Made by a program: the position numbers and the translations under genes
Assembly (NCBI GenBank): GCA_039930765.1
Contig: JBDTTF010000285.1
Location: 2,869-66,868 of the forward strand
Reading direction: 5' to 3'
DNA length: 64,000 nucleotides
Origin: Gemmatimonadota bacterium
GTDB lineage: Bacteria; Gemmatimonadota; Gemmatimonadetes; Gemmatimonadales; GWC2-71-9
Part shown: positions 36,212 to 45,283 of the stretch, piece by piece
Layout: each line of letters opens with the position of its first letter
Position numbering within the stretch: the first letter of the stretch is position 1
The notes under the pieces: model-generated
Told to the model about the DNA's origin: nothing
What the model saw: only the letters and a program-made list of their open reading frames with translations
The model's database searches: none

Positions 36212-37449
36212 CCCCCGACCTCAAGGGCTTCCTGCTCATCAGTGTGGTCAAGCTGCTGATCACCTTCGTATTCATCCTGGTGGTGGTGGCCTACACCACC
36301 CTGCTTGAGCGCTGGGTCTGCGCCTGGATGCAGGACCGGATGGGTCCCAATCGCACCGGGTGGAAGGGGATTCTCCAGCCGGTGGCCGACGGCCTCAAGA
36401 ACATCGTGAAGGAGGAGATGACGCCCGCCATGGCGAACAAGCTCCTGTTTTTGCTGGCTCCGGCCCTGGCGCTGTTCCCGGCGCTGATCGTGCCGATGAT
36501 CATTCCGTGGGGCGCACCGTTCCACGTCGGCTTTGACTTTACCCTTCCGTTCATCGGGCGGTTCAGTTACAACGGTCTGGTGTCGACCGCCGTCGCCGAT
36601 GTCCCGGTGGGCTTCCTGTTCATCCTCGCCTTCAGTTCGCTCGGTGTCTACGGCATTGCGCTCGCCGGCTGGGCCTCGAACAGCAAGTACTCGCTGCTCG
36701 GCGGCCTCCGGGCCACCGCCCAGATGATTTCCTATGAAGTGGCAATGGGCCTTTCGCTGGTGCCACTGCTGCTGGTCTCGGGCAACGTGTCACTGAGTCA
36801 GATCGTGACGGAGCAGCAGGCCGGCCCTTTCGGCTGGTACCTCCTGCCACTCGGCGTCTCGGCCTTCGTCTTCTTCGTGTCCGGCCTGGCCGAGTCGAAC
36901 CGGGTGCCGTTCGACATGCCGGAAGCCGAATCGGAGCTGGTGGCCGGCTACCACGCCGAATACAGCTCGATGAAATTCTCGGCGTTCTTCATCGCCGAAT
37001 ATTCCAACATGTTCACCATCTCGATGCTGTTCACCACCCTGTTCCTCGGTGGCTGGGGCATCCCGCTGACCCACTGGGACGAGACTCCAGGCCTGCTGCA
37101 GACCGTGGTCACCGGCGGGCTGTTCTTCCTCAAGTCGATGAGCATGGTCTTCGTGTTCATCTGGCTGCGCTGGACCCTGCCGCGGTTCCGGTATGACCAG
37201 CTGATGGCGCTGGGCTGGAAGGTGCTGCTGCCGATCGCGCTGGTGTACATGGTGATCACGGCGGCGGCCATCTGGGGGGTGGAGCAGGGGCTCGGGATCA
37301 CCGAGCCGTGGCACCGCAACATGGCGCTGGCCGGGCTCAACCTGGTACTGCTCTTCCTGCTGTTCCGCGTGCTCGATCGCGGCTCCATCATCAGCGGCAG
37401 TTCGTCCCGGACGCGGATTCCTGCGTCCCGGCCGCGCCGCGCGGCATAG
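36208..37449 (+). CDS. nuoH: NADH-quinone oxidoreductase subunit H
   Basis: LLER...MQDR.GPNR, QP.ADG.K, SKYSLLGGLR, PFDMPEAESELVAGY, PRFRYDQLM. Confidence 0.97.
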   Translation: MTPDLKGFLLISVVKLLITFVFILVVVAYTTLLERWVCAWMQDRMGPNRTGWKGILQPVADGLKNIVKEEMTPAMANKLLFLLAPALALFPALIVPMIIPWGAPFHVGFDFTLPFIGRFSYNGLVSTAVADVPVGFLFILAFSSLGVYGIALAGWASNSKYSLLGGLRATAQMISYEVAMGLSLVPLLLVSGNVSLSQIVTEQQAGPFGWYLLPLGVSAFVFFVSGLAESNRVPFDMPEAESELVAGYHAEYSSMKFSAFFIAEYSNMFTISMLFTTLFLGGWGIPLTHWDETPGLLQTVVTGGLFFLKSMSMVFVFIWLRWTLPRFRYDQLMALGWKVLLPIALVYMVITAAAIWGVEQGLGITEPWHRNMALAGLNLVLLFLLFRVLDRGSIISGSSSRTRIPASRPRRAA

Positions 37450-37458
37450 AGGCAATCG

Positions 37459-37965
37459 ATGGCCATTACGGTCAAGGTCATGAAACGGCCCGGCAACGAG
37501 GTCAGTTATGTCCGGGCCACGCTCAAGGGCATGGCACTCACCTTCAAGCACATTTTCCAGCCCAAGGTGACGATGCAGTACCCCGAGCAGAAGAGCACCG
37601 ACGACTGGACCATCTCGCCAAGGTGGCGGGGCACCCACCGGATGCTGACCGACGAGCAGGGTCGCTCCAAGTGTGTGGCCTGCGGCCTCTGCCCCCAGAT
37701 CTGTCCGGCCAACTGCATCAAGCTGGTGCCCGGCGAGGACGAGCTGGGCAATCGCTACCCGCTGATCTACGAAATCGACGAATTTCGCTGCGTGTTCTGC
37801 GGCTACTGCCAGGAGGTCTGCCCCGAGGAGGCCATTCACGTCGGGGTGCACTACGAGAACTCGGAGTTCAGCCGGTCGCGGTTTGTCTATGATCTCGAGC
37901 GGCTGTCGGCCCAGACCCACCCGGTGTCCACCCTGTGGGACCCCACCGATCCGCGGGGCGAATAG
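37459..37965 (+). CDS. nuoI: NADH-quinone oxidoreductase subunit I
   Basis: Two 4Fe-4S motifs [12 protein letters not shown] and [12 protein letters not shown]. Confidence 0.96.
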   Translation: MAITVKVMKRPGNEVSYVRATLKGMALTFKHIFQPKVTMQYPEQKSTDDWTISPRWRGTHRMLTDEQGRSKCVACGLCPQICPANCIKLVPGEDELGNRYPLIYEIDEFRCVFCGYCQEVCPEEAIHVGVHYENSEFSRSRFVYDLERLSAQTHPVSTLWDPTDPRGE

Positions 37966-38523
37966 ATGCTGCTCGTGATCTTCTCGTTCCTCGCCGCCAC
38001 GGCCATCGCCGCGGCCCTGCTCTGCATTACCCGGAAGAGTCCCATCGCGTCGGCCGTCTGGCTGGTCGTAACGATGGCCTCGCTGGCGGGGCTCTTCCTG
38101 CTGCTGGGTTCGCAGTTCCTGGCGGTGATCCAGATCCTGCTCTATGCCGGCGCCATCATGGTGCTCTTCCTGTTCGTCATCATGCTGCTCAACCTGGGTA
38201 CGGCGCCGTCGGACATTGCCCGGCCCGCGGTCTGGATCCCGGCCGTGGTGCTGGCGGTGGTGCTCGGGGTCGAGCTGCTGACCCTGCAGGTGTACACCCC
38301 GGAGCGGCTGGCGTTCGAGCTGACCCGGGCCGCCGAGCTGACCGAGCCGAGCCTGGTCTTCCCGGGCGGGGCCGCGGCCCTGGCCGCGACCGAAAAGAGC
38401 GGGGTGATCGGCGCCCTCGCCGAGCCGCTGTTCACCCAGTGGCTGATTCCGTTCGAACTGACCAGCGTGCTGCTGCTCGCCGCCATCGTGGGCGCCGTGG
38501 TCATCGCCAAGCGGAAGGTCTGA
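37966..38523 (+). CDS. nuoJ: NADH-quinone oxidoreductase subunit J
   Basis: [35 protein letters not shown]. Confidence 0.96.
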   Translation: MLLVIFSFLAATAIAAALLCITRKSPIASAVWLVVTMASLAGLFLLLGSQFLAVIQILLYAGAIMVLFLFVIMLLNLGTAPSDIARPAVWIPAVVLAVVLGVELLTLQVYTPERLAFELTRAAELTEPSLVFPGGAAALAATEKSGVIGALAEPLFTQWLIPFELTSVLLLAAIVGAVVIAKRKV

Positions 38524-38525
38524 TC

Positions 38526-38822
38526 ATGCTTCTCGGGCCGGCCCTCGCGGTCTCCGCCATCCTGTTCGCCATCGGCGTGCTGGGCGTGCTGATCCGCCGC
38601 AACGCGATCGTGGTCTTCATGTGCGTCGAGTTGATGCTCAACGCGGTCAACCTGACCCTGGTGGCCTTTTCCCAGGTCCATGGGGTCTCAGGGCAGATCT
38701 TCGTCTTCTTTGTGATGACCGTCGCCGCGGCTGAAGCCGCCGTGGGACTGGCCATCATCCTCGCGATCTTCCGGCACGTGCGGAGCGTCGACCTGACTCA
38801 CATCAACCTGCTGAACGGCTGA
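38526..38822 (+). CDS. nuoK: NADH-quinone oxidoreductase subunit K
   Basis: [31 protein letters not shown]. Confidence 0.96.
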   Translation: MLLGPALAVSAILFAIGVLGVLIRRNAIVVFMCVELMLNAVNLTLVAFSQVHGVSGQIFVFFVMTVAAAEAAVGLAIILAIFRHVRSVDLTHINLLNG

Positions 38823-40840
38823 TGATCGAAGCCAATTCGTCGGTCCAGAGCACCGTGGCACTCTGGGGCTCGCTGGTCATCGGGCTGCCCTTCATCGGCT
38901 TCCTGCTCAATGGCGCCCTGGCGCTGTGGAAGCCGGCGAGCAAGACGGCCGTGGCGCTGATCGGGCCGGGCGTCGTCATCGCCGCCTGCGCCGCCGCGGT
39001 CCTCGGACTGTTCCCCGCCATGGCCGGTGGGGAAGACGGCCAGGTGGTGGTCACGCTGTGGCACTGGCTGCCGGTCGGCAGCAGTTCAATCGATGCCGCC
39101 ATCCAGATCGACCACCTCTCGGCCGTCATGGTGCTGATAGTGACCGGGGTCGGCAGCCTGATCCACCTCTTTGCCTTCGGCTACATGAAGGAAGACGAGG
39201 GAGTGGCGCGGTTTTTTGCGTACCTCAACCTCTTCATCTCTTTTATGCTGGTCCTGGTGCTCAGCGCCAGCATGCCGGTGATGTTTGTCGGCTGGGAAGG
39301 GGTCGCGCTCTGCTCGTACCTCCTGATCGGGTTCTGGTACACCGAGAAGGCCAATGCCGATGCCGGCAGGAAGGCCTTCATCATGAACCGGATCGGCGAT
39401 TTCGGATTCCTGGTGGCAATGTTCCTGACCTGGGGCGCCTTTGGGACGCTCAATTTTGCCGAGATCGTGGCCCGGGCACCGTCGGTCCTGACGTACGGCG
39501 GCGGGGTGGTCACGGCCATCACCCTCTTCATGTTCCTCGGTTGTGCCGGCAAATCGGCCCAGATTCCGCTCTATACCTGGCTACCCGATGCCATGGCCGG
39601 CCCGACGCCGGTCTCCGCGCTGATCCATGCCGCCACGATGGTCACCGCCGGTGTCTATCTCGTGGCCCGGACCAATGTGCTGTTCGCGATGGCCCCGGTC
39701 TCGAGTTCGGTGGTCGCCGGCGTTGGGGCCCTGACGGCGCTGTTTGCCGCCACCATCGGTCTGCGTCAGTATGACATCAAGAAGGTGCTGGCCTACTCCA
39801 CTGTCTCGCAGCTGGGCTACATGTTCGTCGGTGTCGGCACCGGCGCCATCACCGCCGGTGTCTTCCACCTGGCCACCCACGCCTTCTTCAAGGCACTGCT
39901 GTTCCTGGGTGCGGGCAGCGTGATTCACGCCATGCATCACGCCTATCACTCCACCCATTCGCACGACGATGCCCAGGACATGCGCAACATGGGCGGGCTC
40001 GCGAAGCACATGCCGGTCACCGCCACCCTGATGGGGATCGCGACCCTGGCCATTGCTGGGGTGCCACCCTTCTCGGGCTTCTTCTCGAAGGATGAGATCC
40101 TGGCGGCCGCCTACGCCGCCGGGCAGACCGATCCGTGGTTCAAGCTCTACTGGGCCATGGGGCTGGTGGCCGCGGCCTTGACCGCCTTCTACATGGCCCG
40201 CCTCATGGCCATGACCTTCTTCGGCAGCAGCCGGACCGGGACCGAGGAACAGCAGCACCTGCATGAGGCCCCGTGGATCATGACCGGACCCCTGGTCATC
40301 CTGGGCATTCTGTCGCTGGCCGGCGGATTGCTCAACCTGCCCGCGTTCGTGGGCGGCAACGCCTGGCTGGAGCATTGGCTTGAGCCGGTGACTGCCCCGG
40401 GTCAGGCCGCGCGCCAGGCGGCCGGCGCCCTGCCGCTCGCGCTGTCGCATCAGACCGAGATCACCCTGATCGTCCTCGCTGTGGCCGTCGCGATCCTGTT
40501 CCTGGTCGTGGGCTGGCGCGTCACACTGGGCCGGCCGATTCCGACAGCCCGTCGCGCGCCAGCCGAGTCCGGGTTCTGGAAAGTGCTGAACCAGAAATAT
40601 TACGTCGATGAGATCTATGATGCGGCCATCGTCAGGCCGGTGCTCTTCATTTCACGGGCCTTTCTCTGGAAAAAGATCGATCAGGGGCTGATCGATGACG
40701 CCGGCGTCAACGGCGCGGCCGATCTGTCCCGGGCCATCGGCTGGCTGGGCAGCAGGCTGCAGAGCGGTCAGGTCGGTCTCTACGTCGCGCTCTTTGTGGT
40801 GGGCGCGCTCTACGTGATCGCTGCCGCGATCCGCTTCTAG
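38822..40840 (+). CDS. nuoL: NADH-quinone oxidoreductase subunit L
   Basis: GWEGV..CSY.LIGFW, GKSAQIPLYTWLPDAMAGPTPVSALIHAATMV, THAFFKALLFL. Confidence 0.97.
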   Translation: MIEANSSVQSTVALWGSLVIGLPFIGFLLNGALALWKPASKTAVALIGPGVVIAACAAAVLGLFPAMAGGEDGQVVVTLWHWLPVGSSSIDAAIQIDHLSAVMVLIVTGVGSLIHLFAFGYMKEDEGVARFFAYLNLFISFMLVLVLSASMPVMFVGWEGVALCSYLLIGFWYTEKANADAGRKAFIMNRIGDFGFLVAMFLTWGAFGTLNFAEIVARAPSVLTYGGGVVTAITLFMFLGCAGKSAQIPLYTWLPDAMAGPTPVSALIHAATMVTAGVYLVARTNVLFAMAPVSSSVVAGVGALTALFAATIGLRQYDIKKVLAYSTVSQLGYMFVGVGTGAITAGVFHLATHAFFKALLFLGAGSVIHAMHHAYHSTHSHDDAQDMRNMGGLAKHMPVTATLMGIATLAIAGVPPFSGFFSKDEILAAAYAAGQTDPWFKLYWAMGLVAAALTAFYMARLMAMTFFGSSRTGTEEQQHLHEAPWIMTGPLVILGILSLAGGLLNLPAFVGGNAWLEHWLEPVTAPGQAARQAAGALPLALSHQTEITLIVLAVAVAILFLVVGWRVTLGRPIPTARRAPAESGFWKVLNQKYYVDEIYDAAIVRPVLFISRAFLWKKIDQGLIDDAGVNGAADLSRAIGWLGSRLQSGQVGLYVALFVVGALYVIAAAIRF

Positions 40841-40846
40841 GCCCCG

Positions 40847-42397
40847 ATGACATCGTTCCTGAATTCCATCGGCTACAACAACTGGATTCTCTCGGTCCTC
40901 CTGCTGTTCCCGCTGGTGGGGGCGCTGCTGGTCTGGCGCCTGCCCCCGGAGCGGGCCAAGCGGGCCGCCCTGGTCATCAGCCTGGTCGAGTTCCTCCTGT
41001 CGCTGGGATTGTGGTGGGCCTACGATCGCACGGTGCCGGGGATGCAGTTCGTGCTGGTGGCGCCCTGGCTGCCGGAGTGGGGCGTGACCTTCCGGGTGGG
41101 CCTCGACGGCATCTCGCTGTTCATGGTACTGCTCTCGACCGGCCTCCTGCCGCTGAGCGTGCTGGGAAGCTGGGATTACATCCACGAGCGGGAAGCCGGG
41201 TTTTACGCCATGCTCCTGGTGCTGCTCACCGGGATGCTCGGGGTCTTCCTGGCCCTCGACCTGTTCGTGTTCTACGTGTTCTGGGAAGCGATGCTGATCC
41301 CGATGTATTTCATCATCGGCATCTGGGGCGGCTCCAACCGGCTCTACGCGGCCATCAAATTCTTCATCTACACCTTCTTCGGCTCGCTGCTGATGCTGGT
41401 GGCCATCCTGGTGATGGTCTGGCAGGTCTACAGGGTCACCGGTACCCTGAGCTTCAACTACGACGACCTCCTGGCCCACGCCGAGGTGGTGCGGGCGTCG
41501 GCGCCATGGCTGTTTGCCGCCTTTGCCATCGCCTTTGCGATCAAGGTCCCGGTCTTCCCGTTTCACACCTGGCTGCCCGATGCCCACGTCGAGGCACCCA
41601 CCGCCGGCAGCGTTATCCTGGCCGGTGTTCTGCTCAAGATGGGTACCTACGGCTTCCTGCGGTTTGCCATTCCATTCTTTCCCGGGGTGGCATTCAGTCC
41701 ATTCGTGACCAACCTGGTCCTGTGGTGCGCTGTCATCGGCATCATCTATGGCGCCCTGGTGGCCCTGGTCCAGCCGGACATCAAAAAGCTGGTGGCCTAT
41801 TCCTCCGTCAGTCACCTGGGATTCGTGATGCTGGGGATCTGGTCCGCGTCGCTGCAGAGCGTCCAGGGCGCCGTGCTGATCATGATCGGGCACGGACTGT
41901 CCACCAGCGCGCTGTTCTTCTTGATCGGCATGCTGTATGAACGGCGGCATACCCGGCTGCTCGCCGATTTCGGCGGCCTTGCCCGCGTGATGCCGCTGTT
42001 CGGCCTGCTGTTCACGGTCAGCGCACTGGCCTCGATCGGCCTGCCGGGCCTCAGCGGTTTTGTCGGAGAATTCCTGGTCCTGCTGGGCAGCTTCGGCCGG
42101 CATCCATGGGCCGCCGGAATCGCCACGACTGGCGTGATCTTCGCCGCGGCATACCTGCTCTGGGCGGTGCAGCGGCTGCTGTATGGCCGGCTCGACAACC
42201 CATCCAACCAGCACCTCACCGATCTCACCGCCCGGGAGCTCTGGGTGATTCTGCCGCTGGTGGCCGGCATGATCTGGCTGGGACTCTACCCCAAGCCGAT
42301 TCTCGACCGCACTGAAGCCTCGGCGCGCCACTATCTGGAACTGGCCAAGCCCGGCCTGCCGCCGATTACGCGGCTGCCGCTCGAGGAGGCCCGCTAA
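40847..42397 (+). CDS. nuoM: NADH-quinone oxidoreductase subunit M
   Basis: FYVFWEAMLIPMY, PFHTWLPDAHVEAPTAGS, KKLVAYSSVSH, GLPG.SGFVGEF. Confidence 0.97.
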   Translation: MTSFLNSIGYNNWILSVLLLFPLVGALLVWRLPPERAKRAALVISLVEFLLSLGLWWAYDRTVPGMQFVLVAPWLPEWGVTFRVGLDGISLFMVLLSTGLLPLSVLGSWDYIHEREAGFYAMLLVLLTGMLGVFLALDLFVFYVFWEAMLIPMYFIIGIWGGSNRLYAAIKFFIYTFFGSLLMLVAILVMVWQVYRVTGTLSFNYDDLLAHAEVVRASAPWLFAAFAIAFAIKVPVFPFHTWLPDAHVEAPTAGSVILAGVLLKMGTYGFLRFAIPFFPGVAFSPFVTNLVLWCAVIGIIYGALVALVQPDIKKLVAYSSVSHLGFVMLGIWSASLQSVQGAVLIMIGHGLSTSALFFLIGMLYERRHTRLLADFGGLARVMPLFGLLFTVSALASIGLPGLSGFVGEFLVLLGSFGRHPWAAGIATTGVIFAAAYLLWAVQRLLYGRLDNPSNQHLTDLTARELWVILPLVAGMIWLGLYPKPILDRTEASARHYLELAKPGLPPITRLPLEEAR

Positions 42398-43902
42398 TGG
42401 GCACTCTCGATCTCACCACCCCGCAGGGACTGCTCACCAGCATCCTGCCGGAATCCATTCTGGTGGTGCTCTCGCTGGTGGTCGTGTTGATGGCCGCCTG
42501 GAACCACACCGAACCACGCCACTCCCGTATGGCCGGCTGGGCCAGCCTGGTCAGCCTTGGCATCACCGCCGCGGTGACGGGCTGGCTCTGGTCGAGTGGG
42601 GCGCACACCGAGGCGATCGGCGGCATGATCGGGGTCGATTCCTTCCGGTTCCTTGCCGAACTGCTGATCCTGCTGGCGGCCGCCGGCACCATTCTGCTGT
42701 CGCTCACCTACCTCGAGCGAGAACAGATGACGGCCCCGGAGTACTATCCCCTGATCCTGTTCGCGGTCATCGGTATGCTGTTCATGGTGGTGGCCAACGA
42801 CCTGATCGTGGTCTTCCTCGGCCTGGAGACCATGTCGGTCTCGGTCTACGTCCTCGCCGCCTTTGACCGGCGGAGCGAGCGCTCCGCCGAGGCGGGCCTG
42901 AAGTACTTCCTGGTCGGCGCCTTTGCCTCGGCCTTCCTCCTGTATGGCATCGCGCTGGTGTATGGCGCCACCGGCGTGACCAACTTGTCACTGATCGGCG
43001 CCCAACTGGGTGGCGGACCGCTGCCGCTGCTGGCTGGTGCCGGGCTGGGGCTCCTGCTGATCGGTTTCGGATTCAAGGTGGCGGCCGCCCCATTCCATAT
43101 GTGGGCGCCGGATGTCTACGATGGCGCCCCGACGCCGGTGACCACCTTCATGGCCACGGCCGTCAAGGCGGCCGGCTTCCTGACCCTGGCCCGGGTGCTG
43201 CTGGTCGCGTTCCCCGACGCGATGCCCCACTGGAAGCCGATCCTCGGCGTCCTGGGTGTCCTGACCATGGTCATCGGGAACCTGGTCGCCCTGGTGCAGC
43301 GCTCCCTCAAGCGGATGCTGGCCTACAGCTCAGTGGCTCATGCCGGATACCTGCTCCTGGCCCTGGTGCCGGGTTCGATTCTGGGCACCGCGGCGCTGCA
43401 GTTATACCTGCTGGCCTATACCCTGACGACGCTGATCGCATTCGGCACACTGGCATTCATCGGACGCGGCGGCGAACGGGAGGTCACGCTGTCGGACATC
43501 GCGGGGCTCGGTCGGACCCGTCCGGTACTGGCCCTGGCCATCGCCATCTGCATGCTGTCGCTGCTGGGTTTTCCCGGGACGCTCGGCTTCATCGGGAAAT
43601 GGTACATCCTGCTTGGTCTCATCTCGACCGGGCACCCGGTGCTGGCCGTGATCATGGTGCTGGCCACCGTGGTTTCGGCAGGCTATTACCTCCCCATCAT
43701 CATGGCCATGTACATGCGTGAGCCGGCCGCGCCGATGGTGCACGCCGAAGTGCGGGTGCCGGTCCCGGCCCGGATCGTCTTCGCCGTCTCGGCGGTGGTC
43801 CTGCTGGCCTTCGGCCTTTGGCCCGCGCCTATCCTCGACCTGGCGGCAACCGGCGCACATGCGGTCAGCGCCGTGCTTTCGGGCGCGATGGCGGGGCAAT
43901 AA
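42397..43902 (+). CDS. nuoN: NADH-quinone oxidoreductase subunit N
   Basis: EAGLKYF, FKVAAAPFHMWAPDVYDGAP, KRMLAYSS.AH. Confidence 0.97.
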   Translation: MGTLDLTTPQGLLTSILPESILVVLSLVVVLMAAWNHTEPRHSRMAGWASLVSLGITAAVTGWLWSSGAHTEAIGGMIGVDSFRFLAELLILLAAAGTILLSLTYLEREQMTAPEYYPLILFAVIGMLFMVVANDLIVVFLGLETMSVSVYVLAAFDRRSERSAEAGLKYFLVGAFASAFLLYGIALVYGATGVTNLSLIGAQLGGGPLPLLAGAGLGLLLIGFGFKVAAAPFHMWAPDVYDGAPTPVTTFMATAVKAAGFLTLARVLLVAFPDAMPHWKPILGVLGVLTMVIGNLVALVQRSLKRMLAYSSVAHAGYLLLALVPGSILGTAALQLYLLAYTLTTLIAFGTLAFIGRGGEREVTLSDIAGLGRTRPVLALAIAICMLSLLGFPGTLGFIGKWYILLGLISTGHPVLAVIMVLATVVSAGYYLPIIMAMYMREPAAPMVHAEVRVPVPARIVFAVSAVVLLAFGLWPAPILDLAATGAHAVSAVLSGAMAGQ

Positions 43903-43908
43903 CCCGAT

Positions 43909-45279
43909 ATGCAGACCCCACTCTCGATTTTCCGCCAGTACGACATCCGTGGCCTGGTCGACAAGGAGCTCACCCCTGAGCTGGCCCATGCGGTTGGCCG
44001 GGCCTTTGCATCGCTGGGCTGGGACCGCCTCGGCCGGGCGCCGGTGCTGGCCGTGGGGCGTGACAATCGCCCCTCCGGCGATCGGCTGAGTGCCGGCATC
44101 CGCTCCGGCATCGTGGCGTCGGGCGGCACCGCCATCGATATCGGAGTGGTTCCGACTCCCGCGCTGTATGCCGCCGTCTCCGAGCTGGGTACTGATGGCG
44201 GACTCCAGGTCACCGGCTCCCACAACCCTCCCGAGTTCAACGGCTTCAAGATGGTGCTGGCCGGCGACTCGGTGCACGGCGATGAGATCCTGGCGCTGCA
44301 CGAGGTGATCACCAGGGAGGGCTGGCGGAGCGGGGCGGGGACCGAGCGCAGCGATGGCACCGTGCTTCGCCGGTACCGCGAGGGGATCGTCGCCCGGCAC
44401 AAGCTGGCCCGCCCGGTCAAGGTCGTGGTCGACTGCGGCAATGGCGCCGGCAGTCTGGTGGCGGTCGGCACACTGCAGGAACTGGGCGCCGAGGTCATTC
44501 CGCTATTCTGTGAATCGGACGGGACCTTTCCCAATCACCATCCCGATCCTACGGTCCCCGAAAATCTCGTCGACTTGCAGGCCGAGGTCCGCCGCACCGG
44601 TGCCGAACTGGGAATCGCATTCGACGGCGACGCCGACCGGATCGGTGCCGTCGATGAAACCGGCAAGGTCATCTGGGGCGACCAGCTGCTGGTCATCTTC
44701 GGCCGGGACGCGGTCCGGCGCTTTGGCCTGGGCACGCCGGTGATCTTCGACGTGAAGTGCTCCGAGGTCCTGCCGCAGGCCCTGATCAAGGCCGGCGCGC
44801 GTCCGGTGATGTGGAAGACGGGTCACTCGCTGATCAAGGCCAAGATGAAGGAAGAGCATGCGCCACTGGCCGGGGAAATGAGCGGCCACATGTTCTTCGG
44901 TGGCGACTATCTCGGCTTCGACGATGCCCTGTTCGCGGCGGCTCGGCTGCTCCAGGTCGTGGCGGCCGCCCCGGGCGGGCTGGCCCGCCACCTCGCCGAC
45001 CTGCCCCAGACCTTTGCCACACCGGAAATCCGGGTCGACTGCCCCGACGATCGCAAATTTGCCATCGTCGAAAAGGCGGCCAGGCATTTCGCGGCCCGCT
45101 ATCCGGTCAACACGATCGACGGCGTGCGCATGACCTTTCCCAATGGATGGGGATTGCTCCGCTCCTCCAACACCCAGCCGATCCTGGTGCTCCGGTTCGA
45201 AGCCACCGACGAGCACTCGCTGGCCACATACCGCAAGGAAGTCAACGACTGGCTGGCGGCCCAGGGCGTCAAGGCCTGA
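43909..45279 (+). CDS. Phosphomannomutase/phosphoglucomutase (AlgC-like)
   Basis: IFRQYDIRG, TGSHNP, FDGDADR, GEMSGH, RSSNTQP. Confidence 0.95.
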   Translation: MQTPLSIFRQYDIRGLVDKELTPELAHAVGRAFASLGWDRLGRAPVLAVGRDNRPSGDRLSAGIRSGIVASGGTAIDIGVVPTPALYAAVSELGTDGGLQVTGSHNPPEFNGFKMVLAGDSVHGDEILALHEVITREGWRSGAGTERSDGTVLRRYREGIVARHKLARPVKVVVDCGNGAGSLVAVGTLQELGAEVIPLFCESDGTFPNHHPDPTVPENLVDLQAEVRRTGAELGIAFDGDADRIGAVDETGKVIWGDQLLVIFGRDAVRRFGLGTPVIFDVKCSEVLPQALIKAGARPVMWKTGHSLIKAKMKEEHAPLAGEMSGHMFFGGDYLGFDDALFAAARLLQVVAAAPGGLARHLADLPQTFATPEIRVDCPDDRKFAIVEKAARHFAARYPVNTIDGVRMTFPNGWGLLRSSNTQPILVLRFEATDEHSLATYRKEVNDWLAAQGVKA

Positions 45280-45283
45280 CCCG

